In this document: positions 34,761 through 47,945 of the stretch, one piece after another | Numbering within the stretch: the first letter of the stretch is position 1 | Layout: every line of letters starts with the position of its first letter | Assembly (NCBI GenBank): GCA_013265495.1 | Contig: MU063682.1 | Coordinates: 434,001 to 498,000 of the forward strand | DNA length: 64,000 bases | Source: Vicugna vicugna | Taxonomy: Eukaryota | Reading direction: 5' to 3' | The notes under the pieces: model-generated | What the model was told of the DNA's origin: nothing | Databases searched by the model: none | What the model saw: only the letters and a program-made list of their open reading frames with translations | Made by a program: the position numbers and the translations under genes

Positions 34761-35859
34761 CAGTACACCCACTGGGGCTGCCTCTGCCCACATGCCCAAA
34801 GGTGCAGCCCAGGAGAGAATGGGTTAACGAAAAGAATGAGTTAACTGAAGCCATGGTTTACTGAAAACTCTCTTCCCAATTTGAGGCTTAGGCACTATTT
34901 TTGCCCCGCGTGCTTTCTCACCACTTCAGCTGTGTTCCCATGAACATCCTCCATTTGTCCCTTCACGACTTAGTGAATTTGCAGTCACGTTCTCTGCTGG
35001 TTTTCTACATAGCTCCTCCATTTCCCATCAATTCAGAAGGGCACCTACATTTATTTTTTTTTAAGGTCGGGAAACCCAAAAGGTGCCAGGGAGAATTGTG
35101 TGATTCGGGTATAAAATCTTTGGTAAGAGTGGGTGATCAATGGGTACAAAGTGATTTTCTGTCTGATATACTTGGTTCTAAGTTTAACTCTCATCTATTT
35201 TCATGCTGACCTTTAAGCCAATGTAAAAAGCCATAAAAAGAAACTTAATTACTTTGCAGTGATTCGTAAGACTTGTTTTGGTTACTGTTATTTATTTTTT
35301 ATCCTTTAAATATGTGATTGGGGGAAGGTTTGCTGAATACTCAAGTAAGTTTTTATAGTATCTTGGAGCCAGTATTTTAGAAAAGGAATATATTTATCTC
35401 CCACCTTAGCACCAAATAAATGGCAGGTTAGCATTACACCTCCATTAGGAGAAGCTCACATAATTTTTAATATTGCAAGCAGTCATCCTTCTGTGTTACA
35501 AAGATGATACAGGAAGGGGTTAGTGGGCTGTCCAGACCACGATACTTTTCCTTCAAGCTTGCTGGCCAACCCCATTGCTAATGAACACCTCTAACAGACA
35601 ACGGGCAGAAGCAGAGACAGCAGTGTGGCTCCATGCTAGACCACCAAAGAAAGAACTGGCAGAGAAGAAAGGAGACTAAAACTAAAACCAATGGCTACAG
35701 GGAAGCACCGTTTGATAAAAGTCCTGAGTTCTCATCCAGTTGCTGCTTCAAAATAAACAAGCTTCATCATGTTTGAGCAAACAGTATCTCTCTTGGTTTC
35801 TGTTTCCTAGTTTTAAATTAAAAAAAAGGGAGAAAGAAAGAAAAAGAGTAGCTGTGTCC

Positions 35860-36030
35860 AGAGTCGTTCATTCCTTTAACCAACATTTAGCACATTCTAT
35901 TCTGTCACAAGTGCTGTGGGAACAAAGATGAACATGGTACAACCCCTGCCCTCAAAGAGTTCATAGTCCAGCAAAGAGAAACACGAACATGGGATACTGA
36001 ACAAGATAAGGACTAACAGACAAGAAACAA
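35860..36030 (-). mobile_element. L2 3' end
   Basis: ttcattcctttaaccaacatttagcac...ctattctgtcacaagtgctgtgggaacaaagatgaac...acaacccctgccctcaaagagttcatagtc. Confidence 0.75.
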
Positions 36031-36235
36031 ACAGACATGATGAGGATAGAGATGTCTCTGGGATCAACTGGGTGCAAGAGACAGGATTTCACTAAAAGTA
36101 AAGGAGAAAGAGGGAGTTCACTGGCAGCACACCCAGATGTCTCTTGCACACCCAAAGAACAGGAAAGTTGCCAGCCCAGCCCTCCAAGGCACAAGGACTG
36201 GGAACTGAGGGGCTGCCGGGGAGCTACGCGGCATC

Positions 36236-36236
<1 letters not shown>

Positions 36237-36266
<30 letters not shown>
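36237..36266. repeat. (CTGT)7 tetranucleotide microsatellite
   Basis: A perfect CTGT run. Confidence 0.97.
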
Positions 36267-37514
36267 CAGGATCAACAGCCATTCCACTCAGCAGGGTCTG
36301 CGACGGAGGACTGTGGGGTGTGAGGTTAGCAGGTCCTCCAAGAAGGGGTGTGAGGGCAGAGAGGAAACTGGTGGAGGCCACAACCGTCTCCAACCAGGAG
36401 AGGAAAAGTTCTCTAAGGACCCGAGTGATACTATAAAGAGGAGTTAAGAGATCTTAGAACTGTATTCATCCAACTTCTCGGAGTTAAGAGGGAAGAAATG
36501 GGTAAAGCCATGTGGGCCCAAGGTCGCCTGGCTAAACTTAGGGAGCCCAGAAAGGCCCCAGCCTCTGGTCTCTCACTAAGCCCAGGAACCTAACCACGTC
36601 CCTGCTTTAAAATGTTATAATGCTAGAGATTCAATTATTTCTCCCATATCCTTATCAAATGATGATAAGTTATGCTCTTAAAAATCAAAGGCCAAGAGAA
36701 AACTGGTAAGAGACATTGGGCAGTGGGTGTATTAGGTTATTTTATTACTGGGATGAGTGATGGGCTTAATCCCAGGTTCTCAAATGCCAGTCCTAAAACC
36801 AAAAGTAAACAAAGTTATCACTAAGCCAACCTTCCACGACTGATAGGCCTTGCCAATGAATTAAAACCAGTCCTGTTGGGAAAAGCAAGGCAGTCTAGGA
36901 AAGTGAGCAAAGAAATATTTTCAAAGTTTCTTTTCTTCCTTGATAAGCTCAACTTTTGAACAATTTGCCTCATCATTTACTTAAAAAAAAATCTGTAAAT
37001 GTGAACTATTTACCGTGATAATGGAAACAGCTTCCAAAAGACATCCAACCAAATAACAAACAAGCACAGCAACAAACTAGACTGGCCTGTGCATAAGCCA
37101 CACGCCATCACCTAATCAGGAAAGACTGAAAACCAGATCATCACACCGTAATTGTAAAAGAGGCCTTCCCCCTTTTTGCTCTCCCAAACCCTGGTCACAA
37201 CACGGTTATTTCAAGATCCAGCTCGCAGCAGCCCCATTTAAACAGGAAAGGCACTAATTGGGACTCTAGTAGCAGCTGTACTGCTTTGATGTCAGTTACA
37301 AGGATGAACTTGAGCAGAATTCTTTATGGTCCGGCCAAGCCAGAGAGTCAGGAAGGTTAACCCTTAGGCAGCTTGTTACTCCCGTTGTGGTTTCTGGAAC
37401 CCTATTCAAAAGCTGCTTCTGCAGGAGCACTCCCCAGGTGACACATCCTCTGGCCCGGGCCTCTGCTCTGTGACCAGCACAGAGCAGTCGAGTGACAACT
37501 GAGTAAGTCAAATA

Positions 37515-37655
37515 AGGAAGTGACAGCTCTGGAATCCAAGGCAGCTGGGTCAAAGCCTAGAACTATACTGAGAGTTAGAAAATTCAGCTTCTGGTTTCCA
37601 CTTGCCACAACTACTACAGCCGTATTACAGCCTTCCTGGGCCTTATTTTCCTTGA
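37515..37655 (+). mobile_element. MIR
   Basis: ctctggaatccaaggcagctgggtcaaagcctag... and ...tgggccttattttccttgactgtaaaag. Confidence 0.5.
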
Positions 37656-37669
37656 CTGTAAAAGTAAGT

Positions 37670-37820
37670 TGGTCTGTTATGGGGATGGATGGTGTTGATG
37701 GCGGCACAACAATGTGCATGTACTTAACTCCACAAGTACCACATGTACTTAATGCACTTAAAAATAGTTGGAATGGTAAATGTTAGGTTATGTGTATTTT
37801 AACATAATTTTAAAAAGAGA
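37670..37820 (+). mobile_element. L1MB-type extreme 3' end
   Basis: gatggatggtgttgatggcggcacaacaatgtgcatgtacttaa...cacttaaaaatagttggaatggtaaatgttaggttatgtgtattttaacataat. Confidence 0.85.
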
Positions 37821-38299
37821 GAGATCCAAAAAAAAGTAAGTTGGTTCAGATGATTGCTAAGGAGTGGTTTCAACTCCTTAAAAATCAACATTAGGGCAAC
37901 CTAAGATTTATCCAGCCCAGCCCCCAGCCCCACAGGCTCTTGGCGGGGGCAGCCCAGCCTACTTCCCTGGCTGGCCTTGAAGGCCTTTCCCTCTCCCTGA
38001 GGGCTGTGTCCTGGTCTCTTCTGTGGGGGTTCTGGAACCCAGTCCACCCTCAGCTCCACTGTAGTCTGGGGCTGCTCTCAGTCCACAGAAAGGACAAAAA
38101 AAAAATGTTCCTAATCAAAAATTTAGAATTTTAATTTAAAAATAATTAGAAAAAAGGTGAATTGGTCATTATTGAAGGATGCTAGAGAATTAGCTCCAAT
38201 TAGCTCTAACCAGTGAATAAAGGGAAAACAAGCATTTGCTCTGCCTGTCCAGTTTAAGCTGGACCACTGGGTAACCAAATCGTTGCTGGGGGGAGTTGG

Positions 38300-39135
38300 T
38301 CTTTGTAGAAGCATTCCAGCTAACAAGTGAACACAGAATGATGGTATTAAAACATCACCACTCTGCACCCTAGTGAACTGGACACGGAGCATAAACAGCT
38401 GGGAACATTCTCAAAAAAGAGAGACAGCCAGACATTCTGTGCCTCCTGCTAGCAGCCAGCACCACTGATGACGCAGGCCAGGCGCAACAGGCAGATCGAA
38501 CACGGCTGACCAAGCTTCTCGATCCAATTCTCAATTTATAGTGCACACAGGGGAGAGAGAAACACGTTCAGGGAACCCACGGGGATGCAGTCAGCAAAAT
38601 CCAGACTATGGGGAACTAGAGGACAAACCACCTAGTCTCCCCGACAACAGCAGGGCAGTTGTGAGGCGAAAAAAAGGAGAGAGACACGCGGCAGAAAGAA
38701 CTACAGGTTGAAAGAGACACAAAAGACACTATCAAACCAATCACAAGACGTGGATTTTATCTGGATCCCAATTCAAATAGTTAAAAAAAAAAAAGAACCC
38801 GTGACAGCTAAGAGACAACTGGAAGTCTGGACACCGACTGGACACTGGATGTTACAGAACTATCAGCAGTTCTAAGGGGGATAACAGTATTATGTTTTTT
38901 AACACTGGTTATGTTTAAAAAATAGGTCGTATTTTTAAAGAAGTCTTTACACTTTATGTATCTCTATATCTTGAAGATACACACTGACATACTTATGGGT
39001 AAAATGATGTGTATTAGATTGCTTCAAAATAATCTGAGGCTGATGGTTGCTGGGGTGCACGTGAGTTAATCACAACATTCCGTCTGCTTTTGTGTATGTT
39101 TGAAATTCTCCATCAAAGTTTTAAAAAATAAAACG
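38300..39135 (+). mobile_element. L1MC4/MC5-like 3' UTR
   Basis: gagagacagccagacattctgtgcctcctg, gatgcagtcagcaaaatccagactatggg, and a terminus gcttttgtgtatgtttgaaattctccatcaaag. Confidence 0.8.
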
Positions 39136-39174
39136 TTAAAAAAAATTATTGGGGAAGAACTGGTAGAGCGCAGA

Positions 39175-39480
39175 TAATTTTTAGGGCAGTGAAACTATTC
39201 CGTATGATACTATAATAGCAGATCCTGTCACTGTACGTTTGTCAAAACCCAAAGAATGTACAACATCGAGAGGGAACTGTTTGTAAACTATGGACTTTGG
39301 GTGATAATGACGCGTCAATCTAATTTCTTCAATTCTGACAAATGCACCAGTCTGGGGCGGGGGGGACACTGACAGCTGTGGAGGTTGTGGGGGTTGCGGG
39401 CGACAGGGAGTACATGGAACTCTCAACACTTTTTGCTCGATTTTGCTGTGAACCTAACATCGCTCTTAAGAAATAAGGCT
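39175..39480 (+). mobile_element. L1MB-type 3' end
   Basis: ttttagggcagtgaaactattccgtatgatactataat...tttgtcaaaacccaaagaatgtacaaca...gtaaactatggactttgggtgataatgac...gattttgctgtgaacctaa. Confidence 0.85.
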
Positions 39481-40339
39481 GATTAACTTAAATAATAGTA
39501 ATAATAAAGGACTGTAGCTTACATGGTTCATTCTACCCCAACACACAACTGTGCCAACCACACTGACGTTCAAACAGGCTGTTCTTTAAAACAATTATTG
39601 AGCTGGATGAACCGCCTCAAGGGGGGCCCATTTTTCAGCTTTTAATTTTATATATAAAGAACGTACAGCAAAGGAAATTTTATTGTTGTTTTCAATATGG
39701 CTAGATCATTTCTACTCCTCCTCCCACAATCCGTGCCCTTCATTTATACCACAAAACCCTGAAAATGATGCCAAAGAAGAACCCTTCATACATAGAAATG
39801 AATTATGTTCCTAAACTTCACATATATTGGATTACCAAGCTACCACTATGCAGTGACAATCTGGTGCCCAAGCTCCAACAGGACAGTGATGCCCTGAGGA
39901 GATGACGGCTGTCACTGGCATCACCTGCCTTTGTCTGTTTCCCTCTCACCCAGGCCTGGGGCCTCAGCAGCTCCCCTGGGTGTCACCTGGCTCTCGGGTG
40001 GCAGAGGCCTGGGGGCTGTGGCTGCCCAATCTAGGCCAAACATGGGGCCCAGCACCTTCCATTTTGCTGCATCATTTTAAAGAGTCCGCCAATGAATTAA
40101 AACAGGTAAGATCCAGAGTATCTTTGTAATGTCTCGTTTTAAGCAGATTAGGAAATTTAACCAATACTTGTGTATTTTCCTTTCTGCATTAGAAGCATAT
40201 GATAAACACGAGCAAATACTCGGTTTATCCAATTAAGTTACATTACTTACTTGCTACTAAAATTTAAAAGCTGTTCTTTAAAAAAAAATCCTCAATTTTA
40301 GTACTGAAACAAGATCAGTGGGAGAATCCTGGGCTCACT

Positions 40340-40500
40340 GCTACCTGCTGTACCCACCCCCAAACAGTGCCCAGAACATAGCAGGTGCTCAATGAAGAAA
40401 TAAATGGAGCTTTTTAAATTGAACTCACCCGTTTTGGAAATGAGGAGGTCATGTGACACCCCCACAGAAACACATCTGCTCAGTGGCAGAGCCACTTAGC
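40340..40500. mobile_element. L2 3' tip (+) abutting a MIR (-)
   Basis: aacagtgcccagaacatagcaggtgctcaatga, then cccgttttggaaatgaggaggtc...ctcagtggcagagcc. Confidence 0.6.
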
Positions 40501-43500
40501 CTGGAATATTCCTTACCTTCGAATAGGGTGCTATGCACCAGACCATGCTACCTACCTCCTTGCAGAGTAGCACTCGGCCCCAGGAAGAAAGACAGGTGGA
40601 TGGATAGATGGATGAATGGATAGATAAATAATAAAATCTATCCACCCATAGGATTCTACAGGATTTCTTTTTCTCAGAACCTTGGGCTACCTGGTCTGCC
40701 CAAAATGACATTTCAACTTTTTACTGAAAACATAATAAAACTATACTGAATCTCCAATTCAGAATCTCAGCTCAAACTGTAACTGTTTCTTTAAATGGCT
40801 TTTGGTCTGCAAAGTGCCAAAAGTGCAAATATATCACTAACAAGAAAATCGCTGGTTCCTGAAGTGGGAGGGGGATATAGTCATATATCTGTACTCACAA
40901 TGTGAAAACAGCCTTTGAAAAAGGAAGCGGGGAAAGGGGAGAGGAGAGAAATTGGGCTGCTTAACAAGGGCCGTAGCTCTAAGCGCTAAACTGCTTTAGA
41001 AACAAATCAGCCACGCGGTTCATTAAATATCAAATGCTGGACTGGATAAGAATTCCTTCTCATTCAGAGCACTCCTGAGCTTGACCCCCAAACACAGACT
41101 ACTGCAATCAGCAGAAGGCTGCAACGATTAAGAGATTCTAGTATTCGGGAGCGCTGAAAACAGACTGGCAGGCACCAGCTCACGTACACAGTGAGCTATT
41201 TCNNNNNNNNNNNNNNNNNNNNNNNNNNNNNNNNNNNNNNNNNNNNNNNNNNNNNNNNNNNNNNNNNNNNNNNNNNNNNNNNNNNNNNNNNNNNNNNNNN
41301 NNNNNNNNNNNNNNNNNNNNNNNNNNNNNNNNNNNNNNNNNNNNNNNNNNACAATATTCAATCATTTTGTGAATTTTGCTCGCCTCGGAAACTGCCTCTT
41401 TAAAATGGATTTTGAATGTTTGGTGGAGAAGCTGTATAGAAACATTAGCCTGCCGGCTCCTATTTTTTTCAAAAAGGCACAAGAAATACTGAGCTTTAAC
41501 TCGTTCACTGCTGCCAAGGGGTAGCCTTAGTTCAGTGAATTCTGACACTTCTTGCAGGAGACAGCAGTCAGCAAAGACACAATTTAATTCCTTGTTAGTG
41601 GAAGAAACAGTTCAATGGAGCAGATTAGGAAATAAAACCCTGGGGGAAGAGTTTCAGTCACCTAAATTTTTTGATGGAATTTGCATATTTTGAAAGCAAG
41701 GATTAAACCCCGGGTTTTCACCAGAAATCAGCAGAGCTTTCTTTATCAGGAGCTAAATCTGGATGAGGGTATCATTTCTCAAAGCAGCAGGGATCCTAAT
41801 GGTAACAAAGAACACCACGGATATTGTTACCCAAAATACAAATCTGATTTCAGAGCTGTTGTCTAGGACTCACATTCTGTGACTATGTGAAACTTAATTT
41901 CACACCTTGTATAAACATTTGCTCATTCAAAGCAATTGTCGCAAGTTCTAAGGAAAACCACTATTTGTTTAGCTAAATTACAATAAATTGCATGCTTCTG
42001 ATGTCTGCACAGGGTGATAGCTAAAGACGTCTTCCCTCAAAACTGGCATAAGACGAGGAGAAGCTCCATGAAGTCTGGGCCCGTGTGCTGACATGAAACT
42101 AAAACACCATCTCTTGAGAATGAAGAAGCCAGACACATAGGAAAATGCACAGACGATCCCAATCGAATCCTTTTCTCTCCAGTTTGTTTATTTTAAAACA
42201 TGGCCATTTGTGAGAAACAATCCTAAATGATGCAAGCGGCAGAGTTCTCCCTTCATTAACAAGGGAGATTATTCCAAGGAGGAGAAATGACTGGCCCCGG
42301 AGAGCAGGACCAGAGCCTGGTGGCTGACGCAGGGCGGCAGCAAGGCAGTTTACCACACGGACAGGCCACAGAGCACAGCTCCACCAGGAGGGAGGGCCCG
42401 GGATCACCGCACTACCGCCCTACGGCAGCAGGAGGAGCTCAGGGGCGGGGACATGCTGCCGGGCAAGGAATTCGCATGCTTTCTTTCAAAAACTAGCCTC
42501 ACGTTTCCAACCAAATTTGACCACTGACCTGTTTTCTCCCCACTTCATTCTGAAGTGGTATGGAAGGAGAGCAAAGGGCTCCAACCAGGAGGAAAGCATC
42601 AGGGGAAAGGAGCTTCCCACACTTAGACCACCACCCTCCCCACCCCATGCCCAGCAACAGTGGTAGCAGATACATTTATTCCACACTTCGCATGTTCTTC
42701 CACACTGATGGCCCCCAGTGAACACTTCCTGCTGTTTCTGCCCTTGTCCTTCAGCTTCCGATGATCCTGTGACTCGCTTTAGCCAATAAAAGGTGGCTGT
42801 ACTTTGCTATAATTCAGTCTCTCCTTAATGCCTCAAGAATGTCACCCAAAGAAGGCAAATTTAAGATGTGTGTGCAAAACTTAGCTGTAACAGTCAACTT
42901 GCCAAGTAAACATTCTCATTTCCTAATCATTCTGCAAACTTTCCCCTCATGAAATAGGTACTGTTAATTGCCTGGGAAGATTCCCCTTTTATTTCAGCAG
43001 TAGTTCTTATTTCAAAGGCTGCCTGTAATACTTTACAAAATTGGCTTTGACTTTGGTGTGAGACAAATATATGGAAGTTTATTACTACATTAAACTTAGA
43101 CTTCCCTTCCAGTCATTAACAATGAATATTTTTAGCATCTAAAAATGTGCATCTCAGACAGATATGTAAATATTTAGCACCATCCTTTTGAGACTGTGAA
43201 GCTTTCATTTTCAATCACACAGAAGTATGTGTTTCCATTAATAGTCTAATTATATCATATATTTTCATTCCGCACGATATTTTGCTTCTATATTTGAAAT
43301 AATTGAATTCATTTGTGATAATAAATGTTCTAAATAGACATTTTAATAATTGAAATCAGCACATATTGTAACTCTCAAAACAATTTATAAAGACAAGAGA
43401 GAATGTTTATATTATACCAAGGCAAAACTGCCCATGATCAGTAGCTCGGTCAAGGTCACATATCAGTTTAAATTCTGTACGTTGCTCCAGCTGAACCTAC

Positions 43501-43569
43501 TGTATCTGATCAGGGCCAATTTCTTTGCCTCTAGGCTCATGAGTAAGTCCAGGCATCCTCGCTTACTGT

Positions 43570-43972
43570 TCAAGTGAACACTTGTCTTCACAACCTTACA
43601 TTAATGTTCCCCATTCTTTCGCGTTCCCCTGCCTGGAACATTTTTTCCCCAGAGATGTACACGGCTGCTCCCTCCTGTCACATGGGCTCCAATGTCGCCA
43701 TCTCAAGGAGCCCCCCCAACACTGTTCTCTTAAAAATAAGAACCCACCTCCCCCAAGCCCAGCTCTCCTAACTCTGTATCCTGCTCCACTTTCCCCCACG
43801 GCATGAACCACCTTCGAACATTCTGTTATTTATTATACTTAATGTCTTCCATACTCTGTCCACTGAAATGTAGACCCCGCAAGGGCAGGGGCTGTTTTGC
43901 TCACGGAATTGTGCTGAACACCTGGCCTCATGTACATACAGCAGGCACTCAGTAGATGTTTGATCAAGAATG
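43570..43972 (+). mobile_element. L2 3' end
   Basis: ttcccctgcctggaacattttttcccc...tccaatgtcgccatctcaaggag...aatgtagaccccgcaagggcagggg...gcaggcactcagtagatgtttg. Confidence 0.85.
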
Positions 43973-44270
43973 ACTTGTCTGCCAGACACTGTTCTAGGCA
44001 CTGGGGCTACAGCATGAACAAGACAAACAGGGGCCCTCTTCAAGGAGATGTCAGCCAAATAATTAAAAAACAAAACAAAAAAAACCCAATAAACCAGCAA
44101 GAGAACAGCAGACAGTGATGAGTACTACAAAGATAATTAAAAGGTAGTAAGAAGAGAGTGACTGGGGAAGTTACCTTACACGGGGCAGTCAGGAAGGCCT
44201 CTCTGCGGAGGTGACGTTTCAGCTAAAAAACTGAGTAAGAAGGAGATACCTGACTCATGTAAACGCTTGT
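43973..44270 (-). mobile_element. L2 3' end
   Basis: tgccagacactgttctaggcactggggctacagcatgaacaagaca...gtcaggaaggcctctctgcggaggtgacgtttcagct. Confidence 0.85.
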
Positions 44271-45234
44271 CCGCCTTTCTGTCTCCCTGATCCGCTGTGG
44301 GCTAAGGCGAGTCACAGCCCCTCCACTGCCCAGGCTGCTTCTCCTGGCACGTCCTGCCTGTTATACAGTCGGTATTTTGGCCCCAGGTTTTCCTGTTCTG
44401 GCTTCACTGTGGACAGTATGCTCCATCATTATGTTTCCCTTTGCAGCCATTACACCGCCTGCCTTGAACTCAGCTTCCCCACTGTTTCTGTCACAAACCT
44501 AGCTTTCTTTTGGTGACGGATGCAGGACCTGCCTTTGTCCAATATCCCTCGCATGTTGCACATAGCAGGGTTCTGGTTTGGGGGGCAATCCGAGTCTTCT
44601 TGCTTTACTATCTGTTCTGCTGGTATCCACTGGTAATACAGACACATGGTCTACATCAGTCCAGCTTCCTTTAGGGTTTTAGCCCTTAGCGCTTCGGGGG
44701 TTGTTTTCTTTTTCAGTCTCTCGCTCTGTGGGGCATCATTCTCGTGGCCTCGGGGGTTTGCACTGCTTATACGGCATCTTCCTTTCCCCCCAAGTTCTTC
44801 CAGGGGTTTTCCTTCTAACTTTGCATTCTTACCTAAACCTCTGTCTCCTGATGTTTAGATATATACCTCTGGCTCCCAAATAAGATGAGAAAACATGCCT
44901 ATCCAAACCTGATTCCATTTGCTCCGCGAACGTTTTTACATTCCCATGTTTTGTAATATCTACCTTCTGATACATTATTACTCGACAGTTATTTGGCCTT
45001 GACTATATATTCAGAATGATCTATGGCTTTGCCATTATTCACCAGAAGGTAAACTTTTCTATCCTGTGCCTAAAACCAGGCTTGGTACACAACAGGCAGT
45101 CAACACATACTTGCTGAATGGACAGAGGGACTCAGTTGATCCCTTGACTCACTGGGTTTTGTCACCGAGGAGGTATTTAAAGAAAGGCTCATGGGCCTTT
45201 CCTTGTATTCATGCTTTCCTTTTCCTTTTTTTCT

Positions 45235-45480
45235 TTTTTAAAGAATATTGCTAACACCGTCATCTTTCTATATAACAAAACTTGACCGAATATAAAAAGT
45301 CTTGGGCCAAACTTTCCCCTCAAATTTTGTGGTACTGCTCCACTTGTCTCACAGCATTGAATACATGCTGCAGGAAAAAATCTGATGTAATGATGTCTGT
45401 AATGTGTGACACATTCCCTGACCACCAAAGAGGTTAAGACCCATCCTTTCACTGACTGGTATAGCTTTTGCTGGTTTTAA
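45235..45480 (-). mobile_element. Old L1 ORF1 C-terminal fragment (antisense)
   Basis: tgaccgaatataaaaagtcttgggccaaac...ctgctccacttgtctcacagcattgaat...gaaaaaatctgatg resembles reverse-strand L1M ORF1. Confidence 0.55.
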
Positions 45481-47004
45481 TTTCTTTTTTGTTTCTTTCA
45501 TTAAGTGTATGAATAGAGACTTAGTGCAGAGACCAAAAATTCAGGACATTTTGGAAGCAGGGACTAAGCAAAGGCATAGAGATGAGAATAAGCAGAAAGC
45601 TGTGAGAATGAGCCACAGTCAGGCAGGAGTCGATGTGACATGATGTGTCCCTCAAGCAGCCCAGCAGAGGGATTTACTCCGCAGGGAGGGGGTGGCTGGC
45701 AAGGCGGACAGGCAGGAGCTGGAGCCCTTTCCCTTCACTCTCAACAGGTTCTGTCATAAAGAAGTCACTACCTCCCCCAAACATCACACCTGACAGTGCA
45801 CGAGATCAAAGTGTTTTCCTGATGATACTCAGTCAGTCTGGAAAGGTATTTCAAAGGCATTCTTATTTTCTTGCAAATTTACTCAATTTTCTATCTCCTC
45901 TTGCTTTCTGTTTACATTATCCCAACTGTCAGGAGGACAGTATTTTGACATAACAGCAAGCAATTAAAATGCTATCTGGGCAGTCATGAAGAATTATGCA
46001 TGAAACTGGACCTCTTCCTGTGGACCAAGCACCAGAAAACCCCATTCATCTGGATTCTACCGAGGCCGTGGGGAAAGCAGTCTACTAGGAATCAGGGCGC
46101 AGGGCATTCACTCTGGCTCCTGTCTGGTTGTAAGGGACTGTCCCTCCTAGGGCCTCAGGGTTCCCAGTTACACAATGAGAATACAAGCCGAGGTCCTGGG
46201 CAGCAAAACACTATTGGAAAAGGTAAGAATTTGTGTCTCTTACAACATGGACTGAATTAGTTGACTTTTAGGTTTATAATTGTTTTTAAACATATGAGCT
46301 AGGAAAATTGTATCTGTAAATACAACAGTCACAAAGTAAAACAAAATCATGATATCATAGGGATAAAATTTTGAGCACTTTTTCCTTTTTAAAAATTTCT
46401 CTAGCATCATGATTACTCACATTTTTTAATTTTAAAAAATGACAGTAAATATTGAGAAAATATTCTTTTTAGCCACTTAGATATGCTTGTTTACAGAGGA
46501 TTGGTTATTAATGTATCAGCTTGTTATTTGTCCATTAAAGAAGCCATTAACTTTTGCAAGCCTAGCTCTCAATGAGGATATTCAGAGGCGTGGGGAGACA
46601 GGGAGATGGTGTTAGGTTTTTCATCTTCATTATCTCATTTAAACTTCGTAACAACTACACACGTTATCATCCCTATTTTGATAAATGATAACAAGTGTCA
46701 TCACCTCTATTTTGTGGGTGAAGAAACCAAGGCTACAGCAATCATGTAAGTGGTTGGTGACTATCAGAAAAGGACACACTTAAAACACTGAAAATACTCC
46801 ATTACTCAGACTTCACTAATTACGACTGAGATTCCTCCAACAAAACCATGAGGAAAGGAAATTGGTGTGGTTCTAAAACTGTACCTGGAACTTCCCTCTC
46901 AGGACAAAAGCAGGGGCCCAGGATTTCCCTTGACCTTTCCCCCCATAAAAACGTGTCTAGCGGCCCCAGCAGTGGGTTCTGTGGCTGCCAGCCAGTGTCT
47001 GCTA

Positions 47005-47260
47005 TTACTCTGCAAGTAATGTGGTAAAACAAACGTGACACAAAAGTCACCATCTTAGTCATTTTCAAGTACATGGTTCAGGGGCATTAGGTACATTCAC
47101 GGTGTTGTGCCAACAACCATGTTATTTTTAATTTAACTTTTTATTACGGAAATTTTGAACATATCTCACAGTACAGCGAACCGTATAATAAACTCCCTCG
47201 TCACCAGCTCGAGCAGTTATCCATATTTGGCCATTCTGTTTCTTTTACCACCCACCCTCC
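47005..47260 (-). mobile_element. Two adjacent antisense L1 3' tips (L1MB-type 47005-47115; L1MC/ME-type 47115-47260)
   Basis: aatgtggtaaaacaaacgtgacacaaaagtcaccatcttagtcattttcaagtacatggttcaggggcattaggtacattcacggtgttgtgc, then tttttattacggaaattttgaacatat...gtataataaactcc. Confidence 0.75.
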
Positions 47261-47809
47261 ACATAAACATACTTCTTAAAAACTAAAACAGAATAATGCA
47301 AATTCATTATCGATTCACCTGTGATCTAATTCAGTCCGACATGGTTGTATGTTAACATCCGCCATTAGGAAGCAATACATTCACCCTTAGAGTAACTGAA
47401 CTAGGAGCACCTGCCTGCCTGCTAGTGAGAGCCTAACTTCAGCCAGCCCCTTCCCACGCCCCCGCGCACGCACAAACCAGGCACTGCACAGTCTCCAATC
47501 CCACAGAACCAGCCCCACCTCCGATTTTCCTTAGGCTGTCCTCCTCACACCTTCTCTGTTTAAGAAAGGCCCTGTTTCCTTCAAAGTCCAGCTCCAGTCT
47601 TCTCTGCAAAGGGTCAGGGCCCTTAATGGCGCTCTCCTTCCCACGGGTGAGCCCACAGATATCCTGTAATCAACACCTATGGCTCATCACCAACAACTCA
47701 GGGGTGATCCAAGGGGCCAGCCCCTCTGGAACCTTCCTGCTCTGATGGGCATCTTCTGTTTTGTCCATGGGCCTCTTTCTGACCAACCCTGAGGTTCCTG
47801 ACCTGGGGT

Positions 47810-47945
47810 CCTGGAACAGCATGTCCTGTTTACACTGCTCTCAAGACTGTAATCTCCATGAGACCAGGGATTTTGTGTGGTTTGGCACCCCAGATCCCTA
47901 GAACAGTACCTGGTACACTAATTCCACAAATGTTTACTGAGCAAT
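47810..47945 (+). mobile_element. L2 3' tip
   Basis: gactgtaatctccatgagaccagggattttgtgtggtttggcaccccagatccctagaacagtacctggtacac...acaaatgtttactga. Confidence 0.8.
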
